DNA from: Thiotrichales bacterium | GTDB taxonomy: Bacteria > Pseudomonadota > Gammaproteobacteria > Francisellales > CACEW01 | NCBI GenBank assembly: GCA_947478175.1 | Contig: CANJUQ010000002.1 | Span: 49,758 to 113,757 of the forward strand | Reading direction: 5' to 3' | DNA length: 64,000 nt | Part shown: positions 32,549-42,709 of the stretch, one piece after another | Numbering within the stretch: the stretch's first letter is position 1 | Layout of the letters: each line of letters begins with the position of its first letter | The notes under the pieces: model-generated | Database searches by the model: none | What the model was told of the DNA's origin: nothing | Seen by the model: the letters and a program-made list of their open reading frames with translations, nothing else | Program-made: the position numbers and the translations under genes

Positions 32549-32579
32549 AGCGCCCCCTGACTTAAATTTCTAATTCCAA

Positions 32580-34295
32580 TTAATCACCCAGATCAAAACT
32601 AAAATCCTCTGAGCTATCTCTATCAGCAGATACAGCGCCTTCCTCTGACTCAGAAGCAAATTCAAAACGAGATTTAGATCTAGTAGTCGAATAATCAACA
32701 GGGCTCTGTTTCTTTCCTAAAAGACCCTCTCTAGGCACTGGAACAACCACTGGTGAAAAACTGCTTGCCATCACAAGCGCTGAGCGACTCTGAGCCGCTG
32801 ACAAGCTAGCTGACCCTGAATCTGTTTTTAGCGCTAATTTGTTCTGAAGAAATTTGACTTGTTCTTGCAAAGCCTGAATTGAAGCTCGCAGTTTTTTATT
32901 CTCACCTTCTAATTGCAAAAGATCCTTACGAACGCTACCCGCATCCTGACGGGATATTTCCAGTTCTTTTTTAGTCTTCGCCAGTTCAGCTTCTAGCCTT
33001 GAGACTCTTACTTCTGAAGCTTCTCGCTGAATTTTTTCTCGATCTAACAATCTCTGACTTTCACTTAATTTCGCCTGGGTCTGCGTTAAAAATTTATCTT
33101 TTTCTAGCAAATCTTTCTGCAATTTTTTAACTTGCTTCTGATCCCCGCTGGATACTAAATCTCTCCCAGCAGACAGTGCTGCCAAACTGGCACACAGCTT
33201 GTGTATTTCGCCCAAATATTTCGCACTCATCTCGTCATTTTCTTTTATCTGAACTTGAATCTGCTTTTCTAAATCAGCCAATCGCCCTAAAGAAACAAAA
33301 TCCTCAGGATTAATCCACAAAGGAGTTGCCTGAGTTCTCACTGCTTCAAGCGGCACGAGTCCCTTGAATATTAAAAAACTAATAGATTCCATCGCACTTC
33401 GAAATTTTAGGCTCAAAAGGGCCTCTCCCAGATACTCCGAACTACTGAGCAATTCTTGCTGCGCTCGACGCAAGGCCAAATCTAAAGCATTCAACATGAC
33501 AGGCCTGCGAGAGGACTCTTCAACAGAAGCCGGCTCTAAATCAGGAATCGATATGCTTAATTCCGCCGGAGATAAAAATGCTTCCATGGTATGGATCCAA
33601 GAGAATCGACCAATCCCTGCTGCACGTAAAAATAAATTCTGTCCAAGCATATCAATCGTATTTTCTGTCCAAAGCACACGCAGAACTGTGTGAGACGGTT
33701 CATCAAATTTTTCTATGAATAATTTTAATTTTTCATCACTCTCTGGAAGCCAACACGTCAGCGCATAATTTAAGTAATACCCAACATCCTCTGGCAGTTC
33801 ATCAGTCTTATCTAAAACAGCTTTAAAAAAATCAAGCTCTCCAGGAACGGCCAAGGCATACCCTAGTAAAGACAAAGCGTGCACGTGAGTTTTAAAAGCT
33901 TTACCGCTAGCACCCGCAGTACCAACACTGACACTCTCTGACAAAAAACTGATGGTGAATGTGTTATAGAAATCTAAACCATTCAAAGTAGTCCCTGAGG
34001 TCAAAAATTCAGCAATGCCTCTTTTTTGTCTTAGTCTTTGCAATTCTGTTGTGTAGTCTGGAATAACCGCTAAATCAGGCAACCAATTATTGGGGCCATA
34101 TTCTTTTTTAAGTTCTTCCAAAATAAGCGCTATCGCACTCTCTTGGGGTTCAGCGAATGCCCTGGGTACAAGCGCCTCTTCGGCACCTCCGCCCGCGCCT
34201 CCAGCCGCTCTCAAAGCGGATGCAGAACTCGCAGATTCTGAAGAAGAAACTACTTCTCTCTCTTTCTTACTCTTAATTTTATTTTTCTTAGGCAT
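32580..34295 (-). CDS. Hypothetical protein with basic N-terminus, ankyrin-like segments, coiled coil and acidic tail
   Basis: AAGGAG RBS then MPKKNKIKSKK; QNLFLRAAGIGRFSWI, NALDLALRRA; tail ESEEGAVSADRDSSEDFSFDLGD. Confidence 0.8.
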   Translation of the reverse strand: MPKKNKIKSKKEREVVSSSESASSASALRAAGGAGGGAEEALVPRAFAEPQESAIALILEELKKEYGPNNWLPDLAVIPDYTTELQRLRQKRGIAEFLTSGTTLNGLDFYNTFTISFLSESVSVGTAGASGKAFKTHVHALSLLGYALAVPGELDFFKAVLDKTDELPEDVGYYLNYALTCWLPESDEKLKLFIEKFDEPSHTVLRVLWTENTIDMLGQNLFLRAAGIGRFSWIHTMEAFLSPAELSISIPDLEPASVEESSRRPVMLNALDLALRRAQQELLSSSEYLGEALLSLKFRSAMESISFLIFKGLVPLEAVRTQATPLWINPEDFVSLGRLADLEKQIQVQIKENDEMSAKYLGEIHKLCASLAALSAGRDLVSSGDQKQVKKLQKDLLEKDKFLTQTQAKLSESQRLLDREKIQREASEVRVSRLEAELAKTKKELEISRQDAGSVRKDLLQLEGENKKLRASIQALQEQVKFLQNKLALKTDSGSASLSAAQSRSALVMASSFSPVVVPVPREGLLGKKQSPVDYSTTRSKSRFEFASESEEGAVSADRDSSEDFSFDLGD

Positions 34296-34330
34296 GCCTG
34301 ACACTCCTTTAAATTTTAAATTTTTATGTT

Positions 34331-34702
34331 TTATGTTTTATGTTTTTTATATCGAATATCTAAATACAAATTATAAACCGACACGACCGTCGGAAAGGCG
34401 TTAGATAAAATTCCCACGGAATCATTCTTTCCGAAAATAAAATAAGACAAGAGCAATAAACTCCCCGATAAACTCATCAGCCAAAAGGCTCGATTTAATG
34501 ACGGTTTTTTATTTTTTCTGGAAATATACATTTGGACAAACCAACGGCTTCCAAATAACAAAACCCCCAGGAAACCAACGATTTTCCAAGGGGTCAAAGT
34601 AAAATCAAGATGTTTAAAAAAATTCAAGAAATTAAAAAACTCTGCACTGATCATCGCGCTAATATCAAAATTCATGGGGGGTGGAACTCCGGGTTTAATC
34701 AT
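34331..34702 (-). CDS. Lipid A biosynthesis N-terminal (LAB_N) domain membrane protein
   Basis: GFLGVLLFGSRWFVQ...AFWLMSLSGSLLLLSYF; start uncertain. Confidence 0.8.
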   Translation of the reverse strand: MIKPGVPPPMNFDISAMISAEFFNFLNFFKHLDFTLTPWKIVGFLGVLLFGSRWFVQMYISRKNKKPSLNRAFWLMSLSGSLLLLSYFIFGKNDSVGILSNAFPTVVSVYNLYLDIRYKKHKT

Positions 34703-34749
34703 CCGGCGCGCTATATATCATGAGGTCTCGCTGGGGACAATAATCTCTT

Positions 34750-35877
34750 TTAAAATCCCAATCCACTCATGCCCACTAATACTCTGGATTGAACCGACGG
34801 ACGGGTTAATAAATTTTTTAAAACCCACTCTCTGACTCGATTAAAAAATGGCGAATGCGCTTGGCCCATCAGCCTAACTAATCTTTCTGAGTCATATAGA
34901 ACTTTTAAATTAGCTTTATATCGATGGTCATGATACTGCTCTAAACATTGATCCATCGTCATCGCCGCCAAAGTCACTGCGTCTTCTAAGCCCATGCTGA
35001 GATCTCGACCATCCCAAGGCAAATGCTGATGTGCACAATCACCTACAAAGAAAATTCGACCATATTGGTAAGACCTTATTTGATGCGTCGTCACACGACG
35101 TTCTGTATGCCAAATAATTTCTTCTGCCTTCACCGGCTGAGGTAAAAACGTATGGGCATTCGATAAATTAGAAACAATGCGAAATAAATTATTTTTAATT
35201 CTCTGAACATAAAGCAATCCATCAGGCAATAAACAGCAAGTTGCATCGCCATAATTTAAATCTGTTTGGATATCTACAAGACTCCAATGATGCTGATATT
35301 CCGTCAGACCAAAACCAATTTTTAATTTCTGCCGAATATTCGAAAATTCCCCTTCAGCGGCAACCACGATTTTAGAAATAATCTGAGATTCAGAACCCTG
35401 TGCGTTTTTCAAATCACACGTCACTAATATTTCTTGCTGCATATGTGAAATCAAAGATGTCCCAAATTCAATCAAGACTCCATAAGATTTCAGGGCTTCT
35501 ATTAAGATTTTTTCTAGCTCACTCTGGGGTAAGGCCAATAAAAATGGATATTTATGATGCAAATGTGAAAAATCCAAATCTGTAATTTTTTTATAATTCG
35601 CATTACGAATTTCTAAATGACTGATTTTATGGCCTGCCTGAATAATCTTCTCAGCAATTTGTAAAGCTTCTAATAATTCTAAAGCTCTGGCATTAAGACT
35701 CACGGACCCATTCAAAGGCGAAATCCCAGCATGGGATTCAATGATTCTCACAGACAAACCTAAACGGGCATAAGCCAATGCAGCAGCCAGTCCAGCCGGC
35801 GTGGCGCCGATGACCAGGACATCTAAAGCACTAACAGGTGGGACAAGGACGGGAGAAGACGGGTAAGATTCTGACAT
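34750..35877 (-). CDS. FAD-dependent monooxygenase family protein
   Basis: DVLVIGATPAGL, PQSELEKIL, GRIFFVGDCAH. Confidence 0.82.
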   Translation of the reverse strand: MSESYPSSPVLVPPVSALDVLVIGATPAGLAAALAYARLGLSVRIIESHAGISPLNGSVSLNARALELLEALQIAEKIIQAGHKISHLEIRNANYKKITDLDFSHLHHKYPFLLALPQSELEKILIEALKSYGVLIEFGTSLISHMQQEILVTCDLKNAQGSESQIISKIVVAAEGEFSNIRQKLKIGFGLTEYQHHWSLVDIQTDLNYGDATCCLLPDGLLYVQRIKNNLFRIVSNLSNAHTFLPQPVKAEEIIWHTERRVTTHQIRSYQYGRIFFVGDCAHQHLPWDGRDLSMGLEDAVTLAAMTMDQCLEQYHDHRYKANLKVLYDSERLVRLMGQAHSPFFNRVREWVLKNLLTRPSVQSRVLVGMSGLGF

Positions 35878-35991
35878 TAAGATCACATTTAAATGTAAAT
35901 TTAAACCCAGAATAGATGAATATAAAAACATTACATATTTACATGTTTTTGACTACACCCTATTGATAACAGAACGATCCTGGAGAACCCG

Positions 35992-36219
35992 ATGAATTTC
36001 AATCTTGACCTAGATGACAAACTGGGAATGACCCTTGCCCAATATGCTGAAAAAACAGGGATTTCTCGTAATAGTTTGATTCGAAAAGCGATAGACGATT
36101 TTATAAAAAAAAGGTGTCAAAACTGGCCTGACGAAGTATTAAATTTCAAAGGAATTCCTGACTTCCCCGCTTTTGAAGCAGACCGCTCTCAACTTTTAGA
36201 TCCTCAGGATTGGTTTTAG
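35992..36219 (+). CDS. CopG/ribbon-helix-helix protein (orphan antitoxin-like)
   Basis: GGAG RBS; A...GISRNSLIRKAI RHH signature; acidic tail. Confidence 0.75.
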   Translation: MNFNLDLDDKLGMTLAQYAEKTGISRNSLIRKAIDDFIKKRCQNWPDEVLNFKGIPDFPAFEADRSQLLDPQDWF

Positions 36220-36232
36220 AAGACTGGTTAGA

Positions 36233-37306
36233 TTAATAAACCGCTGCCTCACCCAAGTTTTTCAATAAAATTAATCTTATTTTCCCTTCAAGATTTTTCT
36301 TATCCCGACCCATGGCTATCTGCATTTTCTCAGGAGCCAGACAATCCAATAAATTTTCTGGAATCTCTGCGGGTAATTTAAAAAATTTTAATAAATCCCT
36401 AGTTCTAGTTAAAACAACCGGATCTAATTTAAAAATTTCGATAGATTTTTCGATGGCTAAAACCATGCCCATAGACACCGCTTCGCCATGCAAGAAAACT
36501 TTGTAATCCGTCAGGGTCTCAATGGCATGGCCATAGGTATGACCCAAATTTAAATAAGCTCGAATGCCCGTTTCTTTTTCGTCGATTTCGACAATATGGC
36601 CTTTGATTTCGCAAGATCTTTGAATGATCTGAATTAAAATTTCTGGATCTCTGGCCAAAATTTTTTCTTTATTTTTTTCGAGAAACTCAAAAAAATTTGC
36701 ATCCGCAATCAGGCCGTATTTAATTACTTCGGCTAATCCTGCGTAATATTCTCGATCTGGAAGTGTCTTCAAAGTTTGGACATCAATTAAAACCATTTTT
36801 GGCTGATAAAAACTTCCAATCATGTTTTTACCCAAAGAATGATTAATGGCCGTTTTTCCACCGATCGATGAATCCACCTGGGCTAACAAAGTCGTCGGGA
36901 TTTGAATATACGGAATACCCCGTTGATATAAACTTGCCGCTAGGCCAGTGATATCGCCAATCACCCCACCCCCTAAAGCAATCAAAAGCGTATTTCGGGG
37001 CATCGCAGCTGAAAGTAAGGCTGTAAAAATCTGATTGAGAGAATCCCAGTTTTTAGCGCTCTCACCGTCTGGTAAAATCACAGAGATTATTTTTTTATTA
37101 TTATTTTTATGACCTAGCTCAAAAAAAATTTGAAGTTTGGGTAAATAAAGTTTTGAAACAGATTCTGAAGTCACAACGCAAATATAATTAGCTGCAGGAA
37201 TTAAATCTAAAAAATTTGGCTGGTCTAATAAATAATCTTGAATATGGATGGGATAAGAATGCTGACCCAGATTAATTTTAAGAGAAACAAACAGGGAAAC
37301 AGACAT
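36233..37306 (-). CDS. aroB: 3-dehydroquinate synthase
   Basis: GGGVIGD, PTTLLAQVDSSIGGKT, LNLGHTYGHAIE. Confidence 0.97.
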   Translation of the reverse strand: MSVSLFVSLKINLGQHSYPIHIQDYLLDQPNFLDLIPAANYICVVTSESVSKLYLPKLQIFFELGHKNNNKKIISVILPDGESAKNWDSLNQIFTALLSAAMPRNTLLIALGGGVIGDITGLAASLYQRGIPYIQIPTTLLAQVDSSIGGKTAINHSLGKNMIGSFYQPKMVLIDVQTLKTLPDREYYAGLAEVIKYGLIADANFFEFLEKNKEKILARDPEILIQIIQRSCEIKGHIVEIDEKETGIRAYLNLGHTYGHAIETLTDYKVFLHGEAVSMGMVLAIEKSIEIFKLDPVVLTRTRDLLKFFKLPAEIPENLLDCLAPEKMQIAMGRDKKNLEGKIRLILLKNLGEAAVY

Positions 37307-37309
37307 GCC

Positions 37310-37834
37310 TTAAAACTCATCCTCTTCGAGCATTTTGATAATCGTATTCGCGACAGATCTAACCGTCCCCGCATCCGTATCAACAATCAAATCTGCAATT
37401 TCAGCATAAAGAGGCTCTCGCTCTCCGGCTAACTCAATAATTTTTTCACGACGATCTTCGACTTGTAATAACGGCCGGCGCGTATCTTTTTCAGTCCGCT
37501 CAACTTGTTGATCAATCGTTGCACGAAGATAAACAACAGTTCCACGCGCACTGAGTTTTTCACGACTTTTTTGGGATAAAACAGCGCCACCGCCCGTTGC
37601 CAAAACAATGCCCGATTTTTCTGTGAGTTCTTCGATCATTTTTTGTTCGCGAATTCTGAATTGATCTTCGCCTTCAATATCAAAAATCCAATCGATACTG
37701 GTACCGCAACGTTCTTCAATCTCACGATCCGAATCATGAAATTGCATTTTTAATAAATCAGCTAACTGACGTCCGATGGTGCTTTTACCAGCGCCCATAG
37801 GCCCAATTAAAAAAATATTGCGTGACTTCATCAT
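37310..37834 (-). CDS. aroK: Shikimate kinase
   Basis: [22 protein letters not shown]; start at ATG 37834. Confidence 0.97.
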   Translation of the reverse strand: MMKSRNIFLIGPMGAGKSTIGRQLADLLKMQFHDSDREIEERCGTSIDWIFDIEGEDQFRIREQKMIEELTEKSGIVLATGGGAVLSQKSREKLSARGTVVYLRATIDQQVERTEKDTRRPLLQVEDRREKIIELAGEREPLYAEIADLIVDTDAGTVRSVANTIIKMLEEDEF

Positions 37835-38069
37835 GGTGTCTGTGATTCTCGCTTTTGTTAAAAATTTAATATTAAAAATATGAAAGAGCTTCAGATAAAA
37901 CTGACTTGCCTTTTGAATTAAGACCCTCATCAAACCAATGCTTCAAGAGCAATTAGTCATGAATTAGTCACGAGGTCCGGCTTTCAGCGGGCGGGGATTA
38001 TAGACAGATCTGTTTAATTTTCATACGGATAAAAATAGGGTCAAAATCAATCCAAATCAGGATTAATTT

Positions 38070-38639
38070 TTATTCCTTCACTCGCGACAAATATTCGCCA
38101 TTGCGAGTATCAATCTTTAAAACATCCCCTTCGCTAATAAACAAAGGAACTTTGACAACAGCGCCCGTTTCTAATTTTGCAGGTTTTGATCCTCCACCTG
38201 ACGTATCACCTTTCAAACCGGGATCAGTCTCAACGACTTTCAGGTTCACAAAATTAGGCGGAACCACACATAGCGGCTTACCATTCCAAAGGGTCAAACC
38301 ACATTCGTCTTGCTCTTTGAGCCATTTCTTTGTGTCACTGACTGCCTCAGCACCGACCTGATACTGCTCAAAAGATTCGGCCTGCATAAAATGAAAAAAC
38401 TCACCGTCAAAATATAAATACTGAACATTGAGGGTCTCGACATCCGCCATCTCAAACGTATCGCCGGATTTAAACGTCCGATCAATCACACGCCCATGAA
38501 GCAAATTACGAATTTTGACCCGATTAAAAGCCTGGCCTTTACCTGGTTTTACAAATTCGTTTTCTAAAATTTCATAAGGTTGGTTATCTAAAAGCAGTTT
38601 GATACCACCTTTAAATTCGTTAGTTGAGATCATGGACAT
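38070..38639 (-). CDS. efp: Elongation factor P
   Basis: KPGKGQAF loop, [13 protein letters not shown]. Confidence 0.98.
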   Translation of the reverse strand: MSMISTNEFKGGIKLLLDNQPYEILENEFVKPGKGQAFNRVKIRNLLHGRVIDRTFKSGDTFEMADVETLNVQYLYFDGEFFHFMQAESFEQYQVGAEAVSDTKKWLKEQDECGLTLWNGKPLCVVPPNFVNLKVVETDPGLKGDTSGGGSKPAKLETGAVVKVPLFISEGDVLKIDTRNGEYLSRVKE

Positions 38640-38709
38640 AGTTTTATTCTCTTATTTAAGTTTTAATTTTTTAAGTTATGTGAATTATTTAAGTTATTTA
38701 AATTTTGGG

Positions 38710-40242
38710 TTACTCAGGTTTCATATGGGGGAAGAAAATCACATCTCGAATTGACGGCGCATTGGTAAATAGCATGACTAAACGGTCAATCCCGATGCCT
38801 TCTCCGGCCGTCGGCGGCAAACCATATTCCAAAGCTCGGACATAATCTGCGTCATAAAACATCGCTTCTTCATCCCCAGCTTCATGAGCTTTGACTTGCT
38901 CTTGGAATCTTTCCGCTTGATCTTCAGGGTCGTTTAGCTCTGAAAAACCATTCGCGATCTCTCTTCCGCCCATGAAAAATTCAAAACGATCGGTAATAAA
39001 ACCATCCTGATCATTCCGCCTCGCTAACGGCGAGACTTCTGCGGGATATTCCGTAATAAACGTCGGCTGAATTAAATTAGATTCAACGGTCTTTTCAAAA
39101 ATCTCAATCTGGACTTTACCCAAACCTTCTGAGCCTTTTAAAGCTATTCCTAATTTTTTAGCAATCGCTTTGGCTTTTTCAAAATCTTTCAGATCTTCTA
39201 GTTTTAATTCAGGGTTAAAAAATAAAATCGACTCCAGAACACTCATGCGAGTAAACGGCTTGGATAAATCAAACTCGGTCCCTTGATAATTCAAAATCAA
39301 ATGGCCATTTACTTCTTGAGCCAAGAATTTAAATAATCTTTCAGTCAGATCCATCATGTATTGATAGTCTTGATAGGCACAGTAAAACTCACACATGGTG
39401 AATTCTGGATTATGTCTTGTCGACAAGCCTTCGTTCCTGAAGTTTCTATTGATCTCAAACACTCTTTCAAAACCGCCGACAACTAATCTTTTTAGATATA
39501 ACTCTGGAGCAATTCTTAAATACATTTCGAGATTCAAACTGTTATGAAACGTCTTAAACGGCTTGGCACTCGCACCGCCAGGAATTACCTGCATCATGGG
39601 TGTTTCGACTTCCATATAATTCTCAGCCATTAAGAATCTTCTAACACCATCGACTATTTGAGATCTAATTTTAAAAACCCGACGGCTTTCTTCGTTAACA
39701 ATTAAATCCACATAACGTTGACGGTATCTAATTTCTGTATCTGATAAACCATGAAACTTATCAGGCAACGGTCTCATCGATTTAGTTAATAACTGGACCG
39801 ACGTCGCATGAAGGCTGAGTTCCCCCGTATTGGTTCTAAACGGATGGCCTTCGATGCCAATAATGTCGCCAATATCCCAATGTTTAAAATCGTCATAAAT
39901 CCCTTCTGGGAGATCGTTCTGACGCAAATAAGCCTGAATCTTCCCAACACCGTCCATCAATGTCACAAAGCTGGCTTTACCCATGACTCTACGAAGCACA
40001 ATTCGACCGGCAATCTTAAAGCTGGGCTTAGGATTTAAGGCTTCTAAATTTTCTTTAGACATTTCGCCATAAGCTTGATTTAAAGCGGCTGAATCCGAGT
40101 TTTTAAAAAAATTATTAGGAAACGCTGCCTGGCCCTTTTGAGCTGCCGCCTGCCGTAAAGTATCTAATTTTTCTTTCCGAACTTGCATTAACTCGCTTTC
40201 GCTGAGTACGGGTGTTTGAGCCCCTTGCGTCGCTTCTATCAT
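38710..40242 (-). CDS. lysS: Lysyl-tRNA synthetase (class II)
   Basis: OB domain ([14 protein letters not shown]), [28 protein letters not shown]; start at ATG 40242. Confidence 0.98.
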   Translation of the reverse strand: MIEATQGAQTPVLSESELMQVRKEKLDTLRQAAAQKGQAAFPNNFFKNSDSAALNQAYGEMSKENLEALNPKPSFKIAGRIVLRRVMGKASFVTLMDGVGKIQAYLRQNDLPEGIYDDFKHWDIGDIIGIEGHPFRTNTGELSLHATSVQLLTKSMRPLPDKFHGLSDTEIRYRQRYVDLIVNEESRRVFKIRSQIVDGVRRFLMAENYMEVETPMMQVIPGGASAKPFKTFHNSLNLEMYLRIAPELYLKRLVVGGFERVFEINRNFRNEGLSTRHNPEFTMCEFYCAYQDYQYMMDLTERLFKFLAQEVNGHLILNYQGTEFDLSKPFTRMSVLESILFFNPELKLEDLKDFEKAKAIAKKLGIALKGSEGLGKVQIEIFEKTVESNLIQPTFITEYPAEVSPLARRNDQDGFITDRFEFFMGGREIANGFSELNDPEDQAERFQEQVKAHEAGDEEAMFYDADYVRALEYGLPPTAGEGIGIDRLVMLFTNAPSIRDVIFFPHMKPE

Positions 40243-40331
40243 GTGTTTTAAAAACCCCAGCCAAAAAAAGGGCGCAATAGTAATCAGTTTTGGGGCCAAG
40301 TGCTACTTCAAGTTTGGCTTAGTTGGGCCGG

Positions 40332-41705
40332 CTATTTTTTACGGTAACGCGTATTTCTTGTCTGGCCAATTCTTTCTAAGAGCCCTTTTTCAACCCAACC
40401 GCTTAGTTTTCGTAGCGCGGTCGATTTTGAAATAGAAAGCACTGGCATAACATCTGAAATCGAAACCTCAGGGCTACGTCCCAACAAATCCAGCATCTGA
40501 TCAAACTCAGAAACCCCTATTTCAGACTTTAATTTTTCTTGTGTTGCTAACCGCTGATTTGATGGGCGGGGCAAAATACATTTAACAAAATTTTCTCCAT
40601 TAAAAATTTTAGGAACATCCAACCCATTTTTTTCATACGCATCAAAAACAGTAATAAACCCAGTCCCCATCTTTTCTATGTACCCAACTTCTCTCATGAT
40701 TTTGCAGATGCCAGGATTTCTCAAATAAGTAATGCCTGATTTTAAGTTCTCAACACTCAAAGGCCCTGGAAATGACCCAGGGCTAAAAAATTCCAACCGA
40801 TCATCATAAATTGCAATTTTGGCTGGGGCTTTCAGGGCATAGCTTCGATGAATGATCATGTTTAATAGCACTTCTCGAATGGCGATCTCTGGGATCTCCA
40901 ATTTCTCAGTCCGTTGTAATCCCTGAATGGTAAATGAACGGTACAAGCGACTCGAAATAAAAGCACTGGCCTGTTTAAATTGATTAAACAGCGTCCCTTC
41001 ACAATCCACGGTCGCAATGACTTCCCGACCGTCTATTCCACTAAAATGCGAACAGATAATCATGGCTTCTGAGAAAAATTCTTGGGGATTTTTTCCAAAC
41101 AAAAGCAAGCCCAAAACCGTCGGATAGCTCCGTGCTTGGTCTTGCACCAAAATCCGATAAGACCGCAGGGTCAGCTCATCTAAAACAAAATCTCTGGCAT
41201 TTTTTCTGTTTTTTAAGAAGGTTTCGATCGCTGAGAGATCTAGATATTTTTCCCAGTCCGCCTGAAAAACAGGCAGGCTTTCATAATCAAACCCTTTTGA
41301 TTTCCAAGTTAGTTCATCAATCATTTCAGGGCTCGCTCGCAAGGTATGCCGACCCAACCGAACAAACACACCCTTTTGAAAACCTTCTGATCGTTTGAAA
41401 TAAGGCTTATTCATGCCCTCTGATACTTCAATAATTAAAACCGATTGCTCCCCAAAGCGCTGGGCGTAGACCCGGGGAAGCACGTGAGGGGAACATGAAT
41501 CTGCAATAGATTTATCGATTGATTCCATCAGGTTTTCTATTTCAGAATCAGACAATCCAATAATTTCTCGATTATCGGCAACGCCTAAAACCAATTTCCC
41601 ACCATGGGTATTACAAAAACCAATCATTGTTTTGACAATTTGATCATTTTTGGGAGTTTCTCTTTTGAGTTCTATCAAATTTGATTCCGCTTCTGGGTAA
41701 CGCAT
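40332..41705 (-). CDS. Schlafen/AlbA_2 domain + HATPase_c_4 (RecG C-terminal-like) + wHTH protein
   Basis: ESNLIELKRE, FCNTHGGKLVLGVAD, REVLLNMIIHRSY, EKMGTG, C-terminal HTH. Confidence 0.88.
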   Translation of the reverse strand: MRYPEAESNLIELKRETPKNDQIVKTMIGFCNTHGGKLVLGVADNREIIGLSDSEIENLMESIDKSIADSCSPHVLPRVYAQRFGEQSVLIIEVSEGMNKPYFKRSEGFQKGVFVRLGRHTLRASPEMIDELTWKSKGFDYESLPVFQADWEKYLDLSAIETFLKNRKNARDFVLDELTLRSYRILVQDQARSYPTVLGLLLFGKNPQEFFSEAMIICSHFSGIDGREVIATVDCEGTLFNQFKQASAFISSRLYRSFTIQGLQRTEKLEIPEIAIREVLLNMIIHRSYALKAPAKIAIYDDRLEFFSPGSFPGPLSVENLKSGITYLRNPGICKIMREVGYIEKMGTGFITVFDAYEKNGLDVPKIFNGENFVKCILPRPSNQRLATQEKLKSEIGVSEFDQMLDLLGRSPEVSISDVMPVLSISKSTALRKLSGWVEKGLLERIGQTRNTRYRKK

Positions 41706-41735
41706 ATCTTTTGCTCCAAATTTTTAAAACCGCCT

Positions 41736-41794
41736 TTCGATTCATTTTTCGGTTCATATTCGCGTCAATATTATAAATATGAAGCGTATGAAGC
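41736..41794. promoter_or_regulatory. Short direct/inverted repeat array upstream of the AlbA_2 gene
   Basis: TTCGATTCAT 41736, TTCGGTTCAT 41748, TTCGCGTCAA 41759; inverted TATGAAGC at 41778 and 41787. Confidence 0.5.
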
Positions 41795-42044
41795 AAATAA
41801 GTAATATAAAAATAAAATTAATATCAATATTTTCAATATCTTGATTTTTAATTCTTAAATCATTCAAATCAAAACCCCATCAGATTTAAAAAAACACTGA
41901 TCTCTAACTCAATTTTTAATAATTCGATTTTGATATTTTGATTATTGATGGACTCCCCCACCCTAAAAGCAGATAATCTCGCCGCTTTTTTGGCCAGACA
42001 ATCTCAATAATCCAGAAAAAATCCAGATAACAGGGACTGAATTC

Positions 42045-42707
42045 ATGCAAGACAGCAGAGAAGATAAAGAAGATGAAGACCAAAACAAAATGATCATCAT
42101 TGGCATCGCAGGGGCTTCAGGGTCTGGTAAAAGTTTAATTTCAAAAACCATCGTTAACGAACTTGGCTCTAGCCGCGTCGCCGTTGTTTCAGAAGATGCT
42201 TATTACAAAGATTTATCCCATTTACCCTACGAAGAACGTGCCCAAGTTAACTTTGACCATCCGGATTCGATTGACCATGAGCTACTTTATGAGCACCTCA
42301 AAAGACTCCAGGCTGGCGAAGAAGTCCAAATGCCTGTGTATGATTATTTAACCCATACGAGATCCATTGAAACGGTTACTTTAAATAAAGCCGTCAGAAT
42401 CATTGTGCTCGAAGGGATTTTATTATTCACCGATCCGAATCTCAGACACATTATGGACATTCGCATCTTTGTCGATACACCGCCTGATATTTGCTTTATT
42501 CGACGCCTGCTTCGAGACACGAAAGATCGTGGTAGAACCATGGATTCCGTCATTGATCAATATCAAAAAACCGTCAGGCCCATGTTTTTACAATTTATTG
42601 AACCCTCAAAACGCTACGCGGATCTCATTGTCCCCCATGGCGGCAAAAACAGAATCGCCATCGATATGATCAAAGCCAAAATGCGTGAAATGTTAGGAGC
42701 CCCATAA
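42045..42707 (+). CDS. udk: Uridine kinase
   Basis: [41 protein letters not shown]. Confidence 0.97.
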   Translation: MQDSREDKEDEDQNKMIIIGIAGASGSGKSLISKTIVNELGSSRVAVVSEDAYYKDLSHLPYEERAQVNFDHPDSIDHELLYEHLKRLQAGEEVQMPVYDYLTHTRSIETVTLNKAVRIIVLEGILLFTDPNLRHIMDIRIFVDTPPDICFIRRLLRDTKDRGRTMDSVIDQYQKTVRPMFLQFIEPSKRYADLIVPHGGKNRIAIDMIKAKMREMLGAP

Positions 42708-42709
42708 CC

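Noticed and set aside
38710-40242. EpmA (EF-P lysyltransferase) next to efp
   Set aside because: The protein is full length with the anticodon-binding OB domain, so it is LysS
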